A DNA stretch of 63,986 nt, filler included, from Fonticula-like sp. SCN 57-25 (Eukaryota): the NCBI GenBank assembly GCA_001724245.1. It is 3 parts of 3 records of this genome, joined end to end, with 100 filler letters (N's around TTAATTAATTAA, not from the genome) between each part and the next. Parts side by side here need not be neighbours in the genome. Positions count along the whole stretch, not along the records: positions 1 to 28,166 come from MEDX01000092.1; 2 more parts are not named here. One strand, written 5' to 3'. Of the stretch, positions 12,093 through 26,702 are shown piece after piece. The notes beneath the pieces were generated by a model that had not been told where the DNA came from, did no database searches, and saw only the letters and a list, made by a program, of their open reading frames with translations. How positions within the stretch are numbered: the first letter of the stretch is position 1; every line of letters starts with the position of its first letter. The position numbers and the translations under genes were made by a program.

Positions 12093-12314
12093 TAGGCCCT
12101 TTTTCCCCCTTTTTCTCCTCTTTCGCCCGGCCGACAGGCTATTTTTGTGTGCTGCGCGTCAGCTTTCCTTGTGTGTAATTATGTGAGCAAAAAAATGCAA
12201 CGGTTGTTGTCATCAAAAATGTCCAAAAAATGGTTCTCATTCGCTAGCAGTACAATACATTATGCGTTGAAACGAATAGGAGCCTCGCGTGCGGCTATTA
12301 AAGCTCCCCTATAT

Positions 12315-13370
12315 CTAATCGAGGTCTGCGATGGGCACGTTCTCCGGGGCGTCCGACTTGATCTCGCCGAGCACCTCGTACTGCTCGTCCTCCGCCTCCT
12401 CGTCCTCGGGCAGCGGCTGGCCCGCGGCGCGGAGCTCCGGGAGCTTCTCCTTGATGCGGCCCCAGTAGGCCGTCGTCTCCCGGTCAAACTCGGTGCGGAA
12501 CCGCGGGTTGGGGTCGCGCATGCTGCGGGTGGTGTGTCAGCAAAAGTGCAAAAGACAAATATTGTGGGCGTACCGAGCAAAGAAGAGGGCGATGCCGTCG
12601 GGCCCGAGGTCCTTGCAGTACTGAACGACGCAGGACGCGCGGAGGTAGCGCTTGGAGGCGGTGTCCTGGCCGCGCTTCAGGTTGTCCGAGCAGTACAGGA
12701 GGAGGTACGTCTGGACGTCGGGGTTGATGATATCGCGGTTCAGGCCAATGTACTGGTACATGTCCTCGAATGAGTGCAGCTTGGCAAAGTAGTGCGCCTT
12801 GTTCTCGAGAGCCACAATCTGCTCTTGGCTGCGGCCGGTGAGCGCAGCCTTGCCGATGCGGCTCGGCTCGGTCACAACAGGGGCAACAACCTTCTTGGAC
12901 GGCACAAACGGCGCGGGGGAAGGCGTCGCAGTAGTAGTAGTGGTAGCAGAAGAGGAAGAAGAGGAAGCTGTCGTCGTCGTCGTCGTCTGCGACGCCGGCT
13001 TATTCACAATGGTCTTTGAAAAGCCATCGCGGCAGATGCTCGCCTCGTCCCACTTGGGGTACTTCTTCTCCATCTCGGCCTGCTTGGCGCGCTTGGCAAT
13101 GTGCGCATTCATCTTGCTCACCAGCTTGGCGTGCTCCTGGCGGAGCGACTCGCTATCCTCTGCGCGGAGCTTCTCCTCAATCTCGGCGGCGCGCTTGCGG
13201 TCGGCCTCATGCTCGGCGTCCTCGCGCATCGCGAGCGCGGCCGCCTCCTCCGCCTTGCGAAGCTTCGTGTCCTTCTTCATGCGAAGCCACGTGTTCTTCT
13301 CAATGTTCGGGTGACAGTCAGAGTCATCGTCCGAAAGATCAATGTTGTTCCACTTGCTATAGTCCACCAT
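12315..13370 (-). CDS. CDC37: Hsp90 kinase co-chaperone Cdc37
   Basis: Diagnostic N-terminus MVDYSKWNNIDLSDDDSDCHPNIEK (CK2 serine), then DGFSKTIVNK and QYCKDLG...FFAR; two exons. Confidence 0.93.
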
Positions 13371-13714
13371 CTCTCAATGCTCTCCGGGGCGACAAGGCGC
13401 GGCAACGCAAAAGAATACAAAGACGCGTCGGACGCTAGAACAATCAAATCGGGGGTGCTGTTTGGGGTAGACTGAAGGCGGCCCACGCATCCTGATTGGT
13501 CCATTTTGGCGGCAAAAGTAGCCTGTAGAAAACTCTGCAGATGAGCGGTTCATTCAAGATCGAGTTTGGATTGGCTTATTGAGCATACAGCGTGGTGGAG
13601 CGCAGACGGCGGGCGCACCTAGATTACCGCATCGGTTCGACGACGCCCCGTTGTTAAGCCAGAGAGAGCGCGTGCCCGTTTCAGAGAACCAGGAGAAGGT
13701 TTTGACGGGCAGGC

Positions 13715-16700
13715 ATGGGTCGCCCAGGGCGTACCACGCAGCCGCAGACGCGAGGCCCTGCCCCGGTACGGACCGCATGGCGCGTTGGCATGTCACCAGT
13801 TTCGCTGACATGAAGGGATCCCCTTAGCTGCCGCATATGTACACCTTGTTTGAGCGGATTGCACAGACCGCTTCCTACGGTGATATTCGGCTGCTTGTCA
13901 CGGCACCAGATGCGCGCCTTCAGCGGGTGCGCATTCACTTGCCCATTGCACCCCACGCTTGCTAATCATGCGCGCGTGCGCCACCACAGCTCGGTGCCAT
14001 CATGTGGGCGCCGCTCGTGTTCCGCTTGGACGACTACTTGTATGATAAATTTGAAGCACCGCTTTTGGCAAAGTCCGGGCCTGTCTCTTTGCAGCAGCTC
14101 GGCGTCGACAAGAGCGAGCTTCTCGAGGTGCTCGAGGTACTGCGCGCCATCTTTCCCTACATTATTTCGCGCGGGACCCTCATCACGCTCGGCGTACGGC
14201 ATTTGCGCTCCTTTTTCTACCTCTCGCTCACTGCTTTGCGCAGTTTATCGACTTTTTATTGATGACCGATGACGTGGACGTGATGGTGTCTGCCTTGTCC
14301 CTCGCCGCCGAGCACCTCAACGTACGAATAGTTGGCACGTGTCCTCTTCCACTGACACTCTTTCCCTCTTTTTTTTACCATTTACAGCACCGCGTTGACC
14401 ACATTAACGGGAATTTGATTCTGAACCTTACGCACGGCTGGGGCGGCAGCGACCGCGGCCTGCCCGTGTCGCAGTGCGTAAAGGCGCTGAATGAGCCGGT
14501 ACGTACCCTCGCTTTAGGTGGTTAACTACATGCTGACGTGCTCGTTTAGACCTTGCCGGACGGCAGCCATCACGTTTCGTTCGAGTTTGTGCGGACGATG
14601 AATGACGTTGCCGTGACCGACACGGTGACTGTCCCAAATACGCTCGCCGGCCTCGACAACCCCGACGAGGCGGCGCTTGCTGCCCGCTTGAACTCGCTTT
14701 TTACAGAGTATGTTGCAAAGCACCGCATCCCCGCAGAGTTTCAGCTCGTGTTCCTTCACCGGCTGCGCGTCGCGACGCTTTCCTACTCGATCAGCGCGCG
14801 CACGCGGCTCTTGGAGCTTCGCCTCCTTGCCATCAACGTGATTGGTACGGCCGCGCTGCATATTGGAGTATTGTACTCACATGCGTTCCGCAGTTCGACT
14901 TTCACCCAATGGCCGCGCGACAAAGTCCTTTTACCTGTTTGACCCCGAGGTCATCATCGACCTTGCCGACATGCTCACGGACGAGAACGACGCGCCAAAG
15001 GTACGCTGTATTTATTTTTCGTATTTTTGCTTACCGCTGCACCGCAGGAAATCTTTACTGCCATCATCAACACGATGAACTCGCTTTTACAGTGCGGCGA
15101 CAATCGGCAGGTCGCCTCGGGAATGTCCACGCTGCGCCTCCAGTCGCAGCACGGCGTGGTCCCTGTTCTGCTGCGCCGCATGGTGCGCGAGATGAAGTGC
15201 ACGGAATCCGTCGTGCCCATCCCGTACCTCGAGTCGCTCGTGAACCTGCTCAAGACCCTCGTGAGCCTGCCGCAGGGCAGCCCGATCCCGATGCTCTCGA
15301 GCTGCGCTCTTATTGTCGCGCCGCTTCTGCGCAATGTCCAGTCGAGGTACACCAAGATTGTGAGCAAGATGCTCCGCCTCGTCGACGTTTTGCTGTTTGA
15401 GCCGCCGAATATCCCGATCATTACGCAGTTTGCCAACATGGGTGGCCTCGCAGACGTTATTCACCGCCTCTCGCACGAGATTGATGTGTGCGAGCGCGTC
15501 CTTTCGGAAGGATCCGAGCAGCGCCCGCCGGTCGACTCGCTCAACATGATCATGTCGTGCTTCCGCGTGCTCCTGCACGGCTTCCGCACGACGGCCGCGC
15601 ACGATTTCCTGCGCAATTTCATGGACGGCCCGCTCCCTTCGTGCCTTCTGACTGTCATGCGCCGCGGCGGTCTCTACGGGACGGCCTTTGCGTCGGCCGT
15701 GCAGCTGCTGGCCAACATCATCCACAACGAGCCGACGTCGCTCGCCACCCTTCAGGAGGCTGGCCTGCCCGCGGCCACGCTCGAGACGCTCAGTCGCGGC
15801 CTCCCTATCGAGACCGAGACGCTGCGCGTGCTGCCCAACCTCTTTTCGGCGTTCTGCCTCAACCCGGCCGGCCTCGCCGCCTTTGAGGAGAGCAAGATGT
15901 TTGACGCGATCGCCGACATTTTCCTCAACCCCGCCTACGCCAACGTCTTTATCGACATTGACGCGCTCTTTGGCGGCGCTTTTGACGAGCTCATGCGCCA
16001 CCACGCGAGCCTGCGTCCCGGCGCGGTCGACGCGATCCGCCGCCTGATGGAGCGCACCGTTGAGACGTGCACCGAGATGGCAAAGTCCCTCCGCACGGAC
16101 GACACGGACCAGGCCGCCTTTTTGCGTACAGAAGAGCAGTTTGCGAGCTACCGCGCGCCGTACGCGCCGCTCGCGACCTCTGCGTGGACGCCGCTCTTTA
16201 TCGTCACCAACGTCGGCCGCTTTGTTGCGACCGTGTTTGGCAGCCAGAGCGCGCTCAACTTTTACAAGGAGAAGCACGGCAGCCCCGTCCCGCTTATGGT
16301 GTCGCTTCTGCAGCTCCCCGGCCTGCCGCAAGGCTTTGCCACGTCGACCGCCGCGGCGGCGCTCGGCAACGTGCTGCGCGCCCTCGTCTCGACGACCGCC
16401 GTGGACGACCTGCCCACGACGCACATTGCGGCGGCGATCAGCGCGGCCGTCGAAAAGGCAGACGCTGCCCTGGATCTCGCTCCGGAAGGCGCGTCCCTCT
16501 TTGCACAGTATTGCGTTTTCCACGCTGGCGAGGAGGCCAAAATGTCCGAGGCGAACGAGCTTTTGTCGCGTTTCATCTCGCTGCACACGCTGCTCAGCAC
16601 GATGCTCACGGTCGTGCCGACGTCGCGCCGCGGTATTGCCGAGACTTCGGTGGTGGCAAAGTGCGAGGTTGACATGATGGACGCGCTGCGCAAGATGGCG

Positions 16701-19700
16701 CCCGTGCTGGACCGCGTCACGACGGACCTGTTTATGCTGTCGCACGCGGCCGAGTCGCCCGCCGCTGACGAGCTTGCGCGCTCGCTCAACGCGCGCACCG
16801 CCGAGTGGATCATCAACAACCGCACGGAAGACCTTCGCCTCGGCGTCGACCTCAGGGTGAACCGCCCGCCGCCGAGCAACAAGCGCATCTACTACTATGC
16901 ACTGATGGAGCTTCACTTTACCTTCAAGGCCGCCCTCAAGGCGCTGCCGCCGCTCGCCTACCAGGTCAGGCGGCAGCAGAACGAGCCGTTCCAGTCGTAC
17001 AAGCACATGAACGCGGCCGTGGAGCTGCTCGTGTCGCTCCTGCTCAGCCAGCTCGCCACCTTGGAGCAGCTGGCGGCGCAGCCGGACCGCTCGTCGCTCT
17101 CCTTTTCGTCGCACATGTGCAGGGTCGGGTCGATCGTGTCGGCCGTACAGGGCGGCATCATTGACGTGGCCGACAATGGCCTCTCTATCCGCACGCTCTT
17201 TTGCAATAACGGCGGCCCCGAGGTGCTTCTCGCGCTTTTTTCGTCGCTGTGGTCGCTCGCCCGCGAGGCCGACAAGGCCGGCTGCATGTCGCCATTTTTG
17301 CCGCTGCAGTTTGTGCTCAAGTTTGCGCACGCCCTGTCGTCGCCGCCGAGCCAGTGGCCGCAGGTGCTTTTGGGCGGCCTCTTGCTAAAGACCAAGACCA
17401 TGCGGCACCTGCCCAATCCCGCCTCGGTCACGATGAACCTGCGCGTGTACACGCGCCAGATGCTGCTCGTCCTCTGCGAGCACGGCAAGGAACTCCCGCC
17501 GACGCTCGTGAACCGCCTCGTTAGCATGGCCACGACGCTCGTCATGACGTCCGCCACCACTGACCGCGCTGTCGACTACTTTTTCCCGTCCATGACGCGC
17601 GACAACCGCGACGTCAACGCGGCGGCGCCCGACTACCCCGCCCCGACGACACAGCATCGCATCATTCGCAGGCGCGAGATCGCCGAGGCCAACGCCAACG
17701 CTGCGCCTGCCCCGGCCGCCCCGCTCGACGAGACCCGCGTGGCGGCTTTGGTCGACATGGGCTTTTCGCGCGTCGCGGCAGAGTCGGCGCTTCGGCGATT
17801 CCACTCTAGCGTGGAGCGCGCAGCCGACTTTTTGCTGTCCAATCCGCTCTATGGCGATTTGCAGGAAACGCCCGCACCGGCCGCGACAGCGACGGCAACT
17901 GCAGCCACGACAGCGACGGCGGCCACCGAGCCCGCTACTTCCGCCAATACCGAGGTGCCCGCCGCGTCGGCTTCATCTACCGAGCAGCCGGCAGCGGCTA
18001 CCGACGCCGAGAGTGCGTCGAGCGCCGCACCCGCCGCCGCCGCGCCGGCCCCCGAGCCCAAGGAAAAGGACCCCGAAGAAGAGGCGTTCTTTGAAGAGTA
18101 CCTGCAGGCAAAGGAGCTTTTGACGCCGACGTACCGCGCAACCCTTACGGAAGGCTTCCGTGTCGTTGAAGCGAACACGATCGAGTGGGTGCGCGACCAC
18201 GTGTCGCGTTGGTTCATCTCTCTGCTGGGCGCCAGCGAGCGCAGCACCTTTGGCATCGCCAAGTTTTTCGTGTACATTGTCAAGGGCGACACTAATTCAT
18301 CCATCCTGCCCGCGCTCGTGTCGGCGTTCGAGTCTGCTACCGAACCCGCCGTCATTGGCGCGATTCTTCAAGTCTTTGTCTCGCTCGTCAAGTCGCGGCC
18401 GACGACGCGGCAGACGCTGCCGTTTGTGTCGCAGTGCATGCCCAAGGTCGTGCAGCTCATCAGCACGAGCAAGTGGGATTCTGACGCGCTGCACTGGTCC
18501 GCGCAGGCCGTCCTGCTCGTCGAGTCCTACCTCGCCTCGACCATTGTCCACGACATTGGGCCGTTTGGCAAGTTTGACGTCCGCGGCGACCCCAAGTACT
18601 ACAAGACGCCGACGCCGCCCGCAAAGCCCACCATCGACGCCGACGTGGTCGACTTGCTCCGCATCCCGACTATGGTCACGGGCGTCATCGACCCCACGTC
18701 CGAGTCGGCGTCGTTCCAGGGCGCGCCCGCGTCGGCCGACGCCAAGCCCGCGCCGACCGAAGTTGCGCTGCTCGACGCCGACACGTGCAAGGTGCTCGTC
18801 CGCGCTCTGCACGGCCTCTTTGAGCGCCTTGTCGAGCTGCTCCCGCCGACCATGTTTTTGACGCGGGACTTTGCCGAGGGCTCGGAAGGGCTTCGCTCGC
18901 GCATGACGCTCGATGCCGCACTGCGCCTCTCGATGCAGCTTCTTGTGCGCGAGCCGTCGCTCGCCGAGACCTTTTTGGACGACGGGACTCTTCTTCTCGT
19001 CCTTCGCGGCTGCCGCGTGCCACAGTCCGACACGCACCACCTGCTCGCGACGCACGTTGTGCGCACGGTAGTTGAGCGTAGCCGTCTCGACGAGGCGATG
19101 CGCACGGCCGTTCTGTCGTACCTCCTCGTGCAGACCGAGAGCGATGAGGGCAACAGCTCGCTGCTCGGCATGCTCGCGCGCGACCCGGCGGCCTTTTTGG
19201 AGGCGATCAACCAGCTCGCCGCGGTGGACCAGAGCCACACGCGCAAGCTGCGCACCAAGCGCGCGCCCGCCGACATTGAGACGCTCGACAAGCAGTACAA
19301 GGCGCGTCTCGCCGAGCAGGAGGCCGAGGAGGCCGCAAAGGCAGAGGCGCCTAGCGCCACGCGGCGCAGCACGCGGTCTGCCACGGTTGCCGCCAAGGCG
19401 GCCGCTGCTGAGGCGCCTGCCAAGAAGGGCCGCCGCTCGGCCGCCGGCAAGGGCAACGCCTCTTCGGCCGCGACCGAGCCGCCGTCGTCCGACACTGCGG
19501 CGAGCCAGTCGACGGCGTCGACCATGCCGCTCATTGACACGGCCACGCGCGCCCTCAAGGTCGTGATGAAGGAGCTGATGGACCACCCGCCGCTCTCCCT
19601 TCCGACCCCCAAGAACCTTCTTTCGAGCCCGCCGGCGGCGAGCGTGACGGACCTCAACAAGCTGCTCGCCAAGCACGCCATGCTCCCCGAGTCTGTCATG

Positions 19701-22700
19701 ACCAACGACCTTCACCAGTACCGCGTCTTTTTGCTGCGGCTGCTGCGCGAGCTCGCCGAGAGCTACCCGAGCCTCCGCACGCTCATGACCGCCGAGAATG
19801 TCATCTTTGCGCCGGCCGCGCCCGAGAGCGAGTCCAAGCGTAAGCAGGGCCACCGCCGGCGCCGCCAGCCGGCCTCCAAGTCGGTGCGCCTCAACCAGGT
19901 GCTGCTCGACAAGTGGGTCCTCGACGTCCCGCCGCTCGCGCTGCCCAGCGGCAAGTACCTCGACGTGCCCGACATTTTCGCGCGTCGCATGCGCGAAGAA
20001 GAAGCGTCCGAGGCGTCGCGGCTGCTCGCCACGCTTTCGTGCGTGCGGCACACGACCTTTGGCCTGCGCGCCCTCGAGGCCGCCTTTAGGCGCACCGGCA
20101 AGGACGCCGCGGGGTCGGTCAAGCACGAGCTCACCAAAGTGCGTGACTCTGTGCAGCGCTCCGTGCTGCGCGACCTCCAGGCGCGCATCGCGCTCGTCGT
20201 TAAGGAGTTGACTGCGCGTCAGCAGTTTGCCGACGCCGTTCCGAGCAAGAAGGCGAGCCGGCGTGAGCGCCGCGCGGCCAAGCGCGCCGCCGACGTTCTC
20301 ACGACGCCGCTGCGCGCACCCGCGTCGTCGTCTTCGACGACCCCGTCGGGAAAGAAGACCGCGCCCGTGACGCCGTCGCGCACCTCTTCGTCGAGCCACG
20401 TTCCGTCGGAGCAGTCCGTTCAGGGCTCTGTTCACCAGCAGGCCGCCGCGCTTCGCACGCTGTCGCTTGACCACCTTTACGCGCGCCTCGGCTCGCTGCT
20501 CAACATTCTCGAGTCGATCCTGAGCGTTCAAGGCTCCATCATNCAAGGCTCCATCATGCCCAAGCGGTACAGCATCCCGCCGCCCATGCTTCGCGGCTAC
20601 TTTTTGTCCGTCTACGTCACGCATCTTCTCATCGCGATGGACTTTGCTCCGCTGCTCATCGACGTGCTCGACGCCATCCAGATGTCGCTGCCGGCGGCGC
20701 TGCCCATCTCGGCGGCGCTGCTGCGCATCATTGAAAAGATGCAGCGGCACGCCAACAGGGAGGCAAAGTCGCTTCGGCGCCGCGACCGCGACCAGGAGGC
20801 CGAGGACGCCGCCGAGGAAGACGAGGACGAGGAGGAGGAAGAGGATGAGGCGCTCCTCGCCGCCATCCAGGAAGAGTATGACAGGCTCGCCGAGCAGTTT
20901 AGCCGCGCACGCGGTAGCGGCCACGGCAGCGACGGAACAAGCGTCGACGACTCTATGGGCGACGACGACGACGAAGATGACGAAGACGACGATGAAGAAG
21001 ACGGAAGCGACTCGATGGGCGACGACGAAGATGTCGACGACGACAGCGACGTGCCCGATGCCGTGCTTGTCGTCGAGACAGACGACGACGCGAGCGACTC
21101 TGATGAAGATGACGACGATCTGAGCGACGCTGGCGTGCTCGACGACGACGCCGAGGACGACATGATTGTTGAAGACGATGGGTCGGACGGCGAGGACGAC
21201 GAGGACGCCGAAGGCCTTGGCGACCCGATGGATGTTGTTTCCGGCAGCGACGCGCACGGCCTTCTTCACGGCGACGAAGGCAATGCCGACGAAGAGGATG
21301 ACGACGCATCCATGTCGTCGTCGTCCGACACTGACGGCGAGCCGCACGACCACGACGGCGATAGCGACCTTGAGGGCTCTGTCGGGTCGCGCGGGAGCGG
21401 CCGCCACACAACGTACCGCGGTGGCCGCCGCGCCGTCCCGATTGGCCAGCACACGGACGCCGAGATCATTGACATGGCGCTCGGCCACGGCGACGGCGAC
21501 GACGCCGATGACGCGCACCTCCATGGCCACGACATGGACGAAGAACTCGGCGCCGGCGGCGAAGGCGATGAAGCCGACGAAGACATTGACGCCGAGCTCG
21601 ACTTTGACACTTGGGAGGCGAGCGAGGAAGATGTTGGCCGCCACGACGAGGACGCGCAGGGCGCCTACGACTTTGACGAGGACCTCGACGTGATGTTTAG
21701 CGACGAGGACTATGACGAAGACGACGACTCTGGCGAAGGCTGGGACAGCCAAGATGAAGACGACGAGAGCGAGGCGCTTCGCATGCGCGCCCGCCGCGCG
21801 CGCGACACCCTCTTTGGCCACAGCGAGTTTGGCTTTGTGCGCGATGCTGACGAAGCCGGCGTCGGTCAGCGCGGCGTGGGCAACTGGTTTGACCGCTTGC
21901 CCGGCGCGCGCGCGCTGCACCACTTGCACCGCCGCCCCGACGCGCGCTCGTTTGGCGACAGCGGCGCCTACCAGACGCCGCTTGCGGCCTACACGCAGCC
22001 GCGCTCGGCATTCGACCCCATGTCGGAGCCGTTCGCTTCGGCGTCCACGGGCCATTCCGCGCACGAGCGCACCTTCCGCAGCTTTGTCGACTCTTCAATG
22101 CGGCTCGACGACCACGCGCACGGCGATTACGACATTGGCCACTGGATGGACGTTTCGCGTAACGCCCCCGCTTCCGACCCGCACGACCTGACGAGCACGC
22201 CCGGTCTCGGCACGCCCGCCGACGAGGAGGCGCTTCAGGCTGCCTTTGAAGCAAACGGACATCTTCCGCAGCTTCGCTGGCGCAACAACCGCGCGCGGTA
22301 CGCGTGGGATCGCTCGGCGTACTCGCAGGCGTACCCGCACGCGCTCATGCGCCGCCCGACCAACGCCGACGCCATCACGACCATCATCAATGACGGCAAC
22401 GCATTCGAGTTTTGGCGGAACCCGTCGCGCGACCGCAGCGCGCCCGCCACGGCAGTCGCACAGCGCGCCAACTCGGGCGCCGCCGTCTGCGTGCCCATTC
22501 CGCGCAGCCCGCTCGACTTTGAGCGACTTACGTCATTTGTGTCGCAGTCGCTCGTGTCGCAGGACGTTCCTCAGAGGCCGTTCTTCACGCTCCAGGTCGA
22601 GCGGTTTGAGTCTCGCTGGCGCGAAGCTCTCGCTTTCCATGACGTCCCGTCCACGTGGTACCACTTGCTGCTGCTCCAGCTCAGCGACTGGCTCGCCACG

Positions 22701-25700
22701 CGCCAGCGCCCGCCGACGCGCCCGGTGGCCAATGAGAACACCGAGGCTGCCGCTGCCGACGAGGACATGCCCGACGCGCCGCCCAGCGAGCCCGAAGCCG
22801 CCGCAGCAGCTTCCACCGAAACGACAAGGGCGGAGAACCCGCTTTTGTTGCCGTCCATGACGGACTTGCTGAGCGCCATCGCCGTCCCCCGCGAGCTGCC
22901 GCTGCCCAACCGCGACGCTCTCCAGGCGGCGGCCGCACTGGCTGAAGACGACGAAGAAGAGGAAGAAGGCGACGCTGCACAGCCGGAAGACGACGACGAC
23001 GTCGATATTGACGAGGACTTTTTGAATGCGCTTCCCGAAGACCTTCGTGCCGAAGCGCTCGCGCAGCACCGCGCGCACGTGGCGGCCGTCGCTGCCACGT
23101 CAGCTTTGCCTGCCGACTTCCAGAGCAATATCAGTCAAGAGTTTTTGAATGCGCTTCCCGAGGACATTCGCGCCGAAGTTTTGCAGCAGGAAGTTGCCGA
23201 TCACCAGCAGCGCCAGCAGCACGACGCGCCCGCCGCGGCCCCCGAAGAGCCGCCTGTCCCTGCGGCGGCAGCAGCAGTTAATGCTGCTGCTAATGTTGCT
23301 GCGAATGCTGCACCTGCGGCGCGCGCGTGGCTGATTGGCCAGGACCGCGCTCAGGCGATGGCCGCTGACGACCCTGCGGCGGCGCCCGACCTGGGCAATT
23401 TCCGCACTGTTGTTGTTCGCCCTGGCGGCCGCCTCGGCCAGCCGAACGAGGCCGGCGTCGTCCTTGAACTTCAGGATGTTGTGCCTAACCTTGCTTTGCT
23501 GCGCGGCAACCCCTTCATTGTCGAGACGCCCGACGCTGCGACCGCGAACCGTATTGGCGGCCAGATTGCGCGCTACTTTAGCGACCGCCGCCGCGGCCTT
23601 GTCGGCGTCGGCGGCCCCGACTTTTTGTTGCACGCGTCGCGCCGACTTGGCGCGCGCGCCCGCCGCCATGCTCGCCAGGCTGCCGACATGGACGCTGACG
23701 CCGATGCCGCCGACACTGGCGATTCCGGCGACGCCACCTCGACGCCGCTGCTCGGCGCGCGCGGCCTCAAGGCGATTCTGCGCATCTTTTACCTCGGCCG
23801 GCCGCTCAACACGCGCCTCGTGCGTACAATTCTCCGAGGCGCGTGCCAGAACGAAAAGACGCGCTCTCTTTTGATTGCGATTGTTCTTTCGCTTCTGTCG
23901 CCCGACGCCGAGACGCGCATCGCTCTCGGCAGCGGCCCCGACGGTCAGGGCCTCATCGGCACGACGCCCGTGCTGCCCAAGGCCGCGAGCGCCGACCCCG
24001 ACACGTGGCCGGTCTCGCCCGTTGCTGCGCGCCGCCTGCTCGACCTGCTCATCTTCCTCATGGAGTGGCACCGCATGCACGCCGCCATGATCACGCTCGT
24101 TGATTTGTCGATCGCACGCGAAGGTGAGCGCGCAGAGCAGCTCTTTTCGCCAATGCGCACACGCCACGCTCGCGGAAAACTTGCTGCTGCTGCTGCGACC
24201 GAAACAGCGCCGGCAGAGGAGAGCGGCAAGCAAGTGTACCCGCTGCTCGCGCTCACTGCGCTGCTCAAGATCCCCGCCATTCGCTCGGATATCAACGTGC
24301 TTGACGCGCTGCTGCACCTCATCGCGCGGTGCACCGACGATCTTCCTCAGTTTGCCGCTCAGTTCCTCGAGAAGGAGCGCGAGGCTGAAGAGAAGAAAAA
24401 GGCCGAGTCAGAGAACAATGCTGCTGGCAATGAAACTGAAACCAGTGCTACTGCTACTGATGCCGACATGGACACGAATGCCGAGGCCTCTTCTGATGCT
24501 GCCGATTCCGATTCTGCCGACTCTGATGCCGCTGATGCCGACGCGGACGCCGCTGACGTCACCACCGAGCCCAAGAAGGCATCGAATGCCGAGCAGTATG
24601 CCGAGCTTTTCCGCCGCCTGCCGTCTTCCGCTTCCGGCTCCCCCGACCTGCCCGAGATCCGCGCGCTTGTCATGATTCTTCGCTCACCGCTGATGACGCC
24701 GCGCATGCTCGGCCACGCCCGCAGCGCCCTTCAGAACTTTAGCGCTCTCCCCGTCCTTTCCAGCCTCGTCACCGACGTTCTCATCGCGCTCATTGGCCAA
24801 GTCGCGACCGATTTCATGGCCGAGCTCAAGACGTTCACTGCTGCGCTGCGCGACTACGTGGCCGCGCCGACCGACACTTCCGCGGCCGCCGGCGAGACCG
24901 AGCTCGACCCGCGCGTCGGCGACATTGGCTTTTTGACGCGCGCGCGCGCCTCGCAAGGCCAGCTTTCCCGCCTCGTCCGCGTCCTCGACGCCATCTTTAG
25001 CGCGACGAATCCGGGACAGAACCAGACTCAGGGGCAGAATCAGGGGCAGCGTGGCCGCGGGCGTCGCGACATGTCGCTCGACGGCGAGGACGTGCTTGGC
25101 GGCGGCGACACGGCAAATGCTGCTGCCACAGAGGACGGCGCCGCGCCAAAGATGTCGGCCGCGCAGCAGACAGCGTTCGATCGCGTGAATGACGTCATCA
25201 AGCAGATTGGCGTTTGGGGCGCACTTTCCGACTGTCTGGCCCTTGCTCAGGAACGCCCCGAGCTTGCCCACATTGGCACTGCCTTTTTACCCGCCATTGA
25301 CTCGCTTTTCCTGCTCGCCAAGGCCTTCATGCCCGAATCGCCCCCGACCACAAGTTCCGTTCCAGGCGCGCTTTCGCGCCAGCCATCGATGGAATTTGGC
25401 GCTTCTTCGTCGCAGTCGCGCGGCGGCGCCCCCCTTTCCGACTATGACATGTTTATTCGCTTTGCCGAATCAAACAAAAAAGTCGTGAATGACATTATCC
25501 GCGGCAACCTCTCTCGCATCAGCGGCACGTTCGCCCCCCTTGTTCACATCCCGAACCTGCTCGACTTTGACATCAAGCGCGGCTACTTTAAGCAGCAGCT
25601 TCACCGCCGCCCCGCCGTGCGCGACACGATCAACATGACAGTCCGCCGCGAGCAAGTCTTTGCCGATTCCTTCCAGCAGATCATGAGCATCCCCGGCGAG

Positions 25701-26702
25701 CGCCTAAAGTACGGCCACCTGAACGTCCGCTTCCATAATGAGCCCGCCGTGGACGCTGGCGGCGTTTCCCGCGAGTGGTTCACTGTGCTCGCGCGCCAAA
25801 TGTTCAACCCCGATTACGCGCTTTTCGTCACTTCCGAGGCCGACAAGAGCACTTTCATGCCGAATCGCGGCTCGCACATCAACTCTGAGCACCTTCGCTA
25901 CTTCAAGTTCATCGGGCGCGTCATTGGAAAGGCGATTTACGACAACCGCGTGCTCGACTGTTACTTTACGCGCTCCTTTTACAAGGACATTTTGAATGTG
26001 CCGTCCGACTACCGCGACATGGAAGCCGTCGACAATGCCTTTTACAAGTCGCTCGTTTGGATCGTCGAAAATGACATTACCGGCGTGCTCGACCTCAATT
26101 TCGCGACTGAAGTTGACAATTACGGCGAAAAGCGCGAGGTCGAGCTCATGCCCAACGGCCGCAACATTGCCGTCACGGAGGAAAACAAGCTCGAATACGT
26201 CCGTTTAATCACTGAACTGCGCCTCAAAAAGTCAATTGAAGAGCAAATCAAGGCATTTTTGGACGGCTTCCACGAAATTATCCCCGCAGAACTCATTTCC
26301 ATCTTTAACGAAAAAGAGCTTGAGCTTCTCATCAGCGGCCTTCCCGACATTGACCTCGACGACTGGCGCAACAACACCGCCTACAACGGGTACACCACGT
26401 CGTCCCCGCAGACGCAGTGGTTCTGGCGCGCGATGCGATCGGCGACCAATGACGAGCGAGCTCAGGTGCTCCAATTCGTGACCGGATCATCCAAGATTCC
26501 GCTGGAAGGCTTTGCGCACCTCGAGGGAATGCATGGGGTGCAAAAGTTTACGATTGCAAAGGCGTATGATAAGAATAGGCTGCCGGCGGCGCACACGTGC
26601 TTTAATCAGTTGGATCTGCCGGATTATGATACGTATGAGCAGTTGAGGCAGATGTTGATGCTGGCGGTGACAGAGTGCAATACGGGGTTCGGGCTCGTTT
26701 AA
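13715..26702 (+). CDS. HUWE1: Giant HECT E3 ubiquitin ligase, HUWE1/Tom1 family
   Basis: N-terminal armadillo-type region (WAPLVFRLDD, IIHNEPTSLATLQEAGL, AFCLN, DELMRHH), UBA (LVDMGFSR), long acidic tract, two UBM repeats (FLNALPED) and a HECT domain with LPAAHTCFNQLDLP. Several small 5' exons, then one exon 15048-26702. Confidence 0.95.

Noticed and set aside
20529..20557. Duplicated CAAGGCTCCATCAT around a single N in HUWE1 (QGSI-X-QGSI)
   Set aside because: Typical unmerged contig overlap with a 1-N join; an assembly artefact that happens to keep frame.
20800..21780. Dense GAC/GAG/GAT triplet repeats
   Set aside because: These encode the acidic disordered region expected in HUWE1/Tom1, not an independent repeat element.
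15087..24317. Very long antisense ORFs (747, 1255 and 405 aa) opposite HUWE1, and similar ones opposite TyrRS and HisRS
   Set aside because: Shadow ORFs caused by GC-rich codon bias on the sense strand; no recognisable domains.
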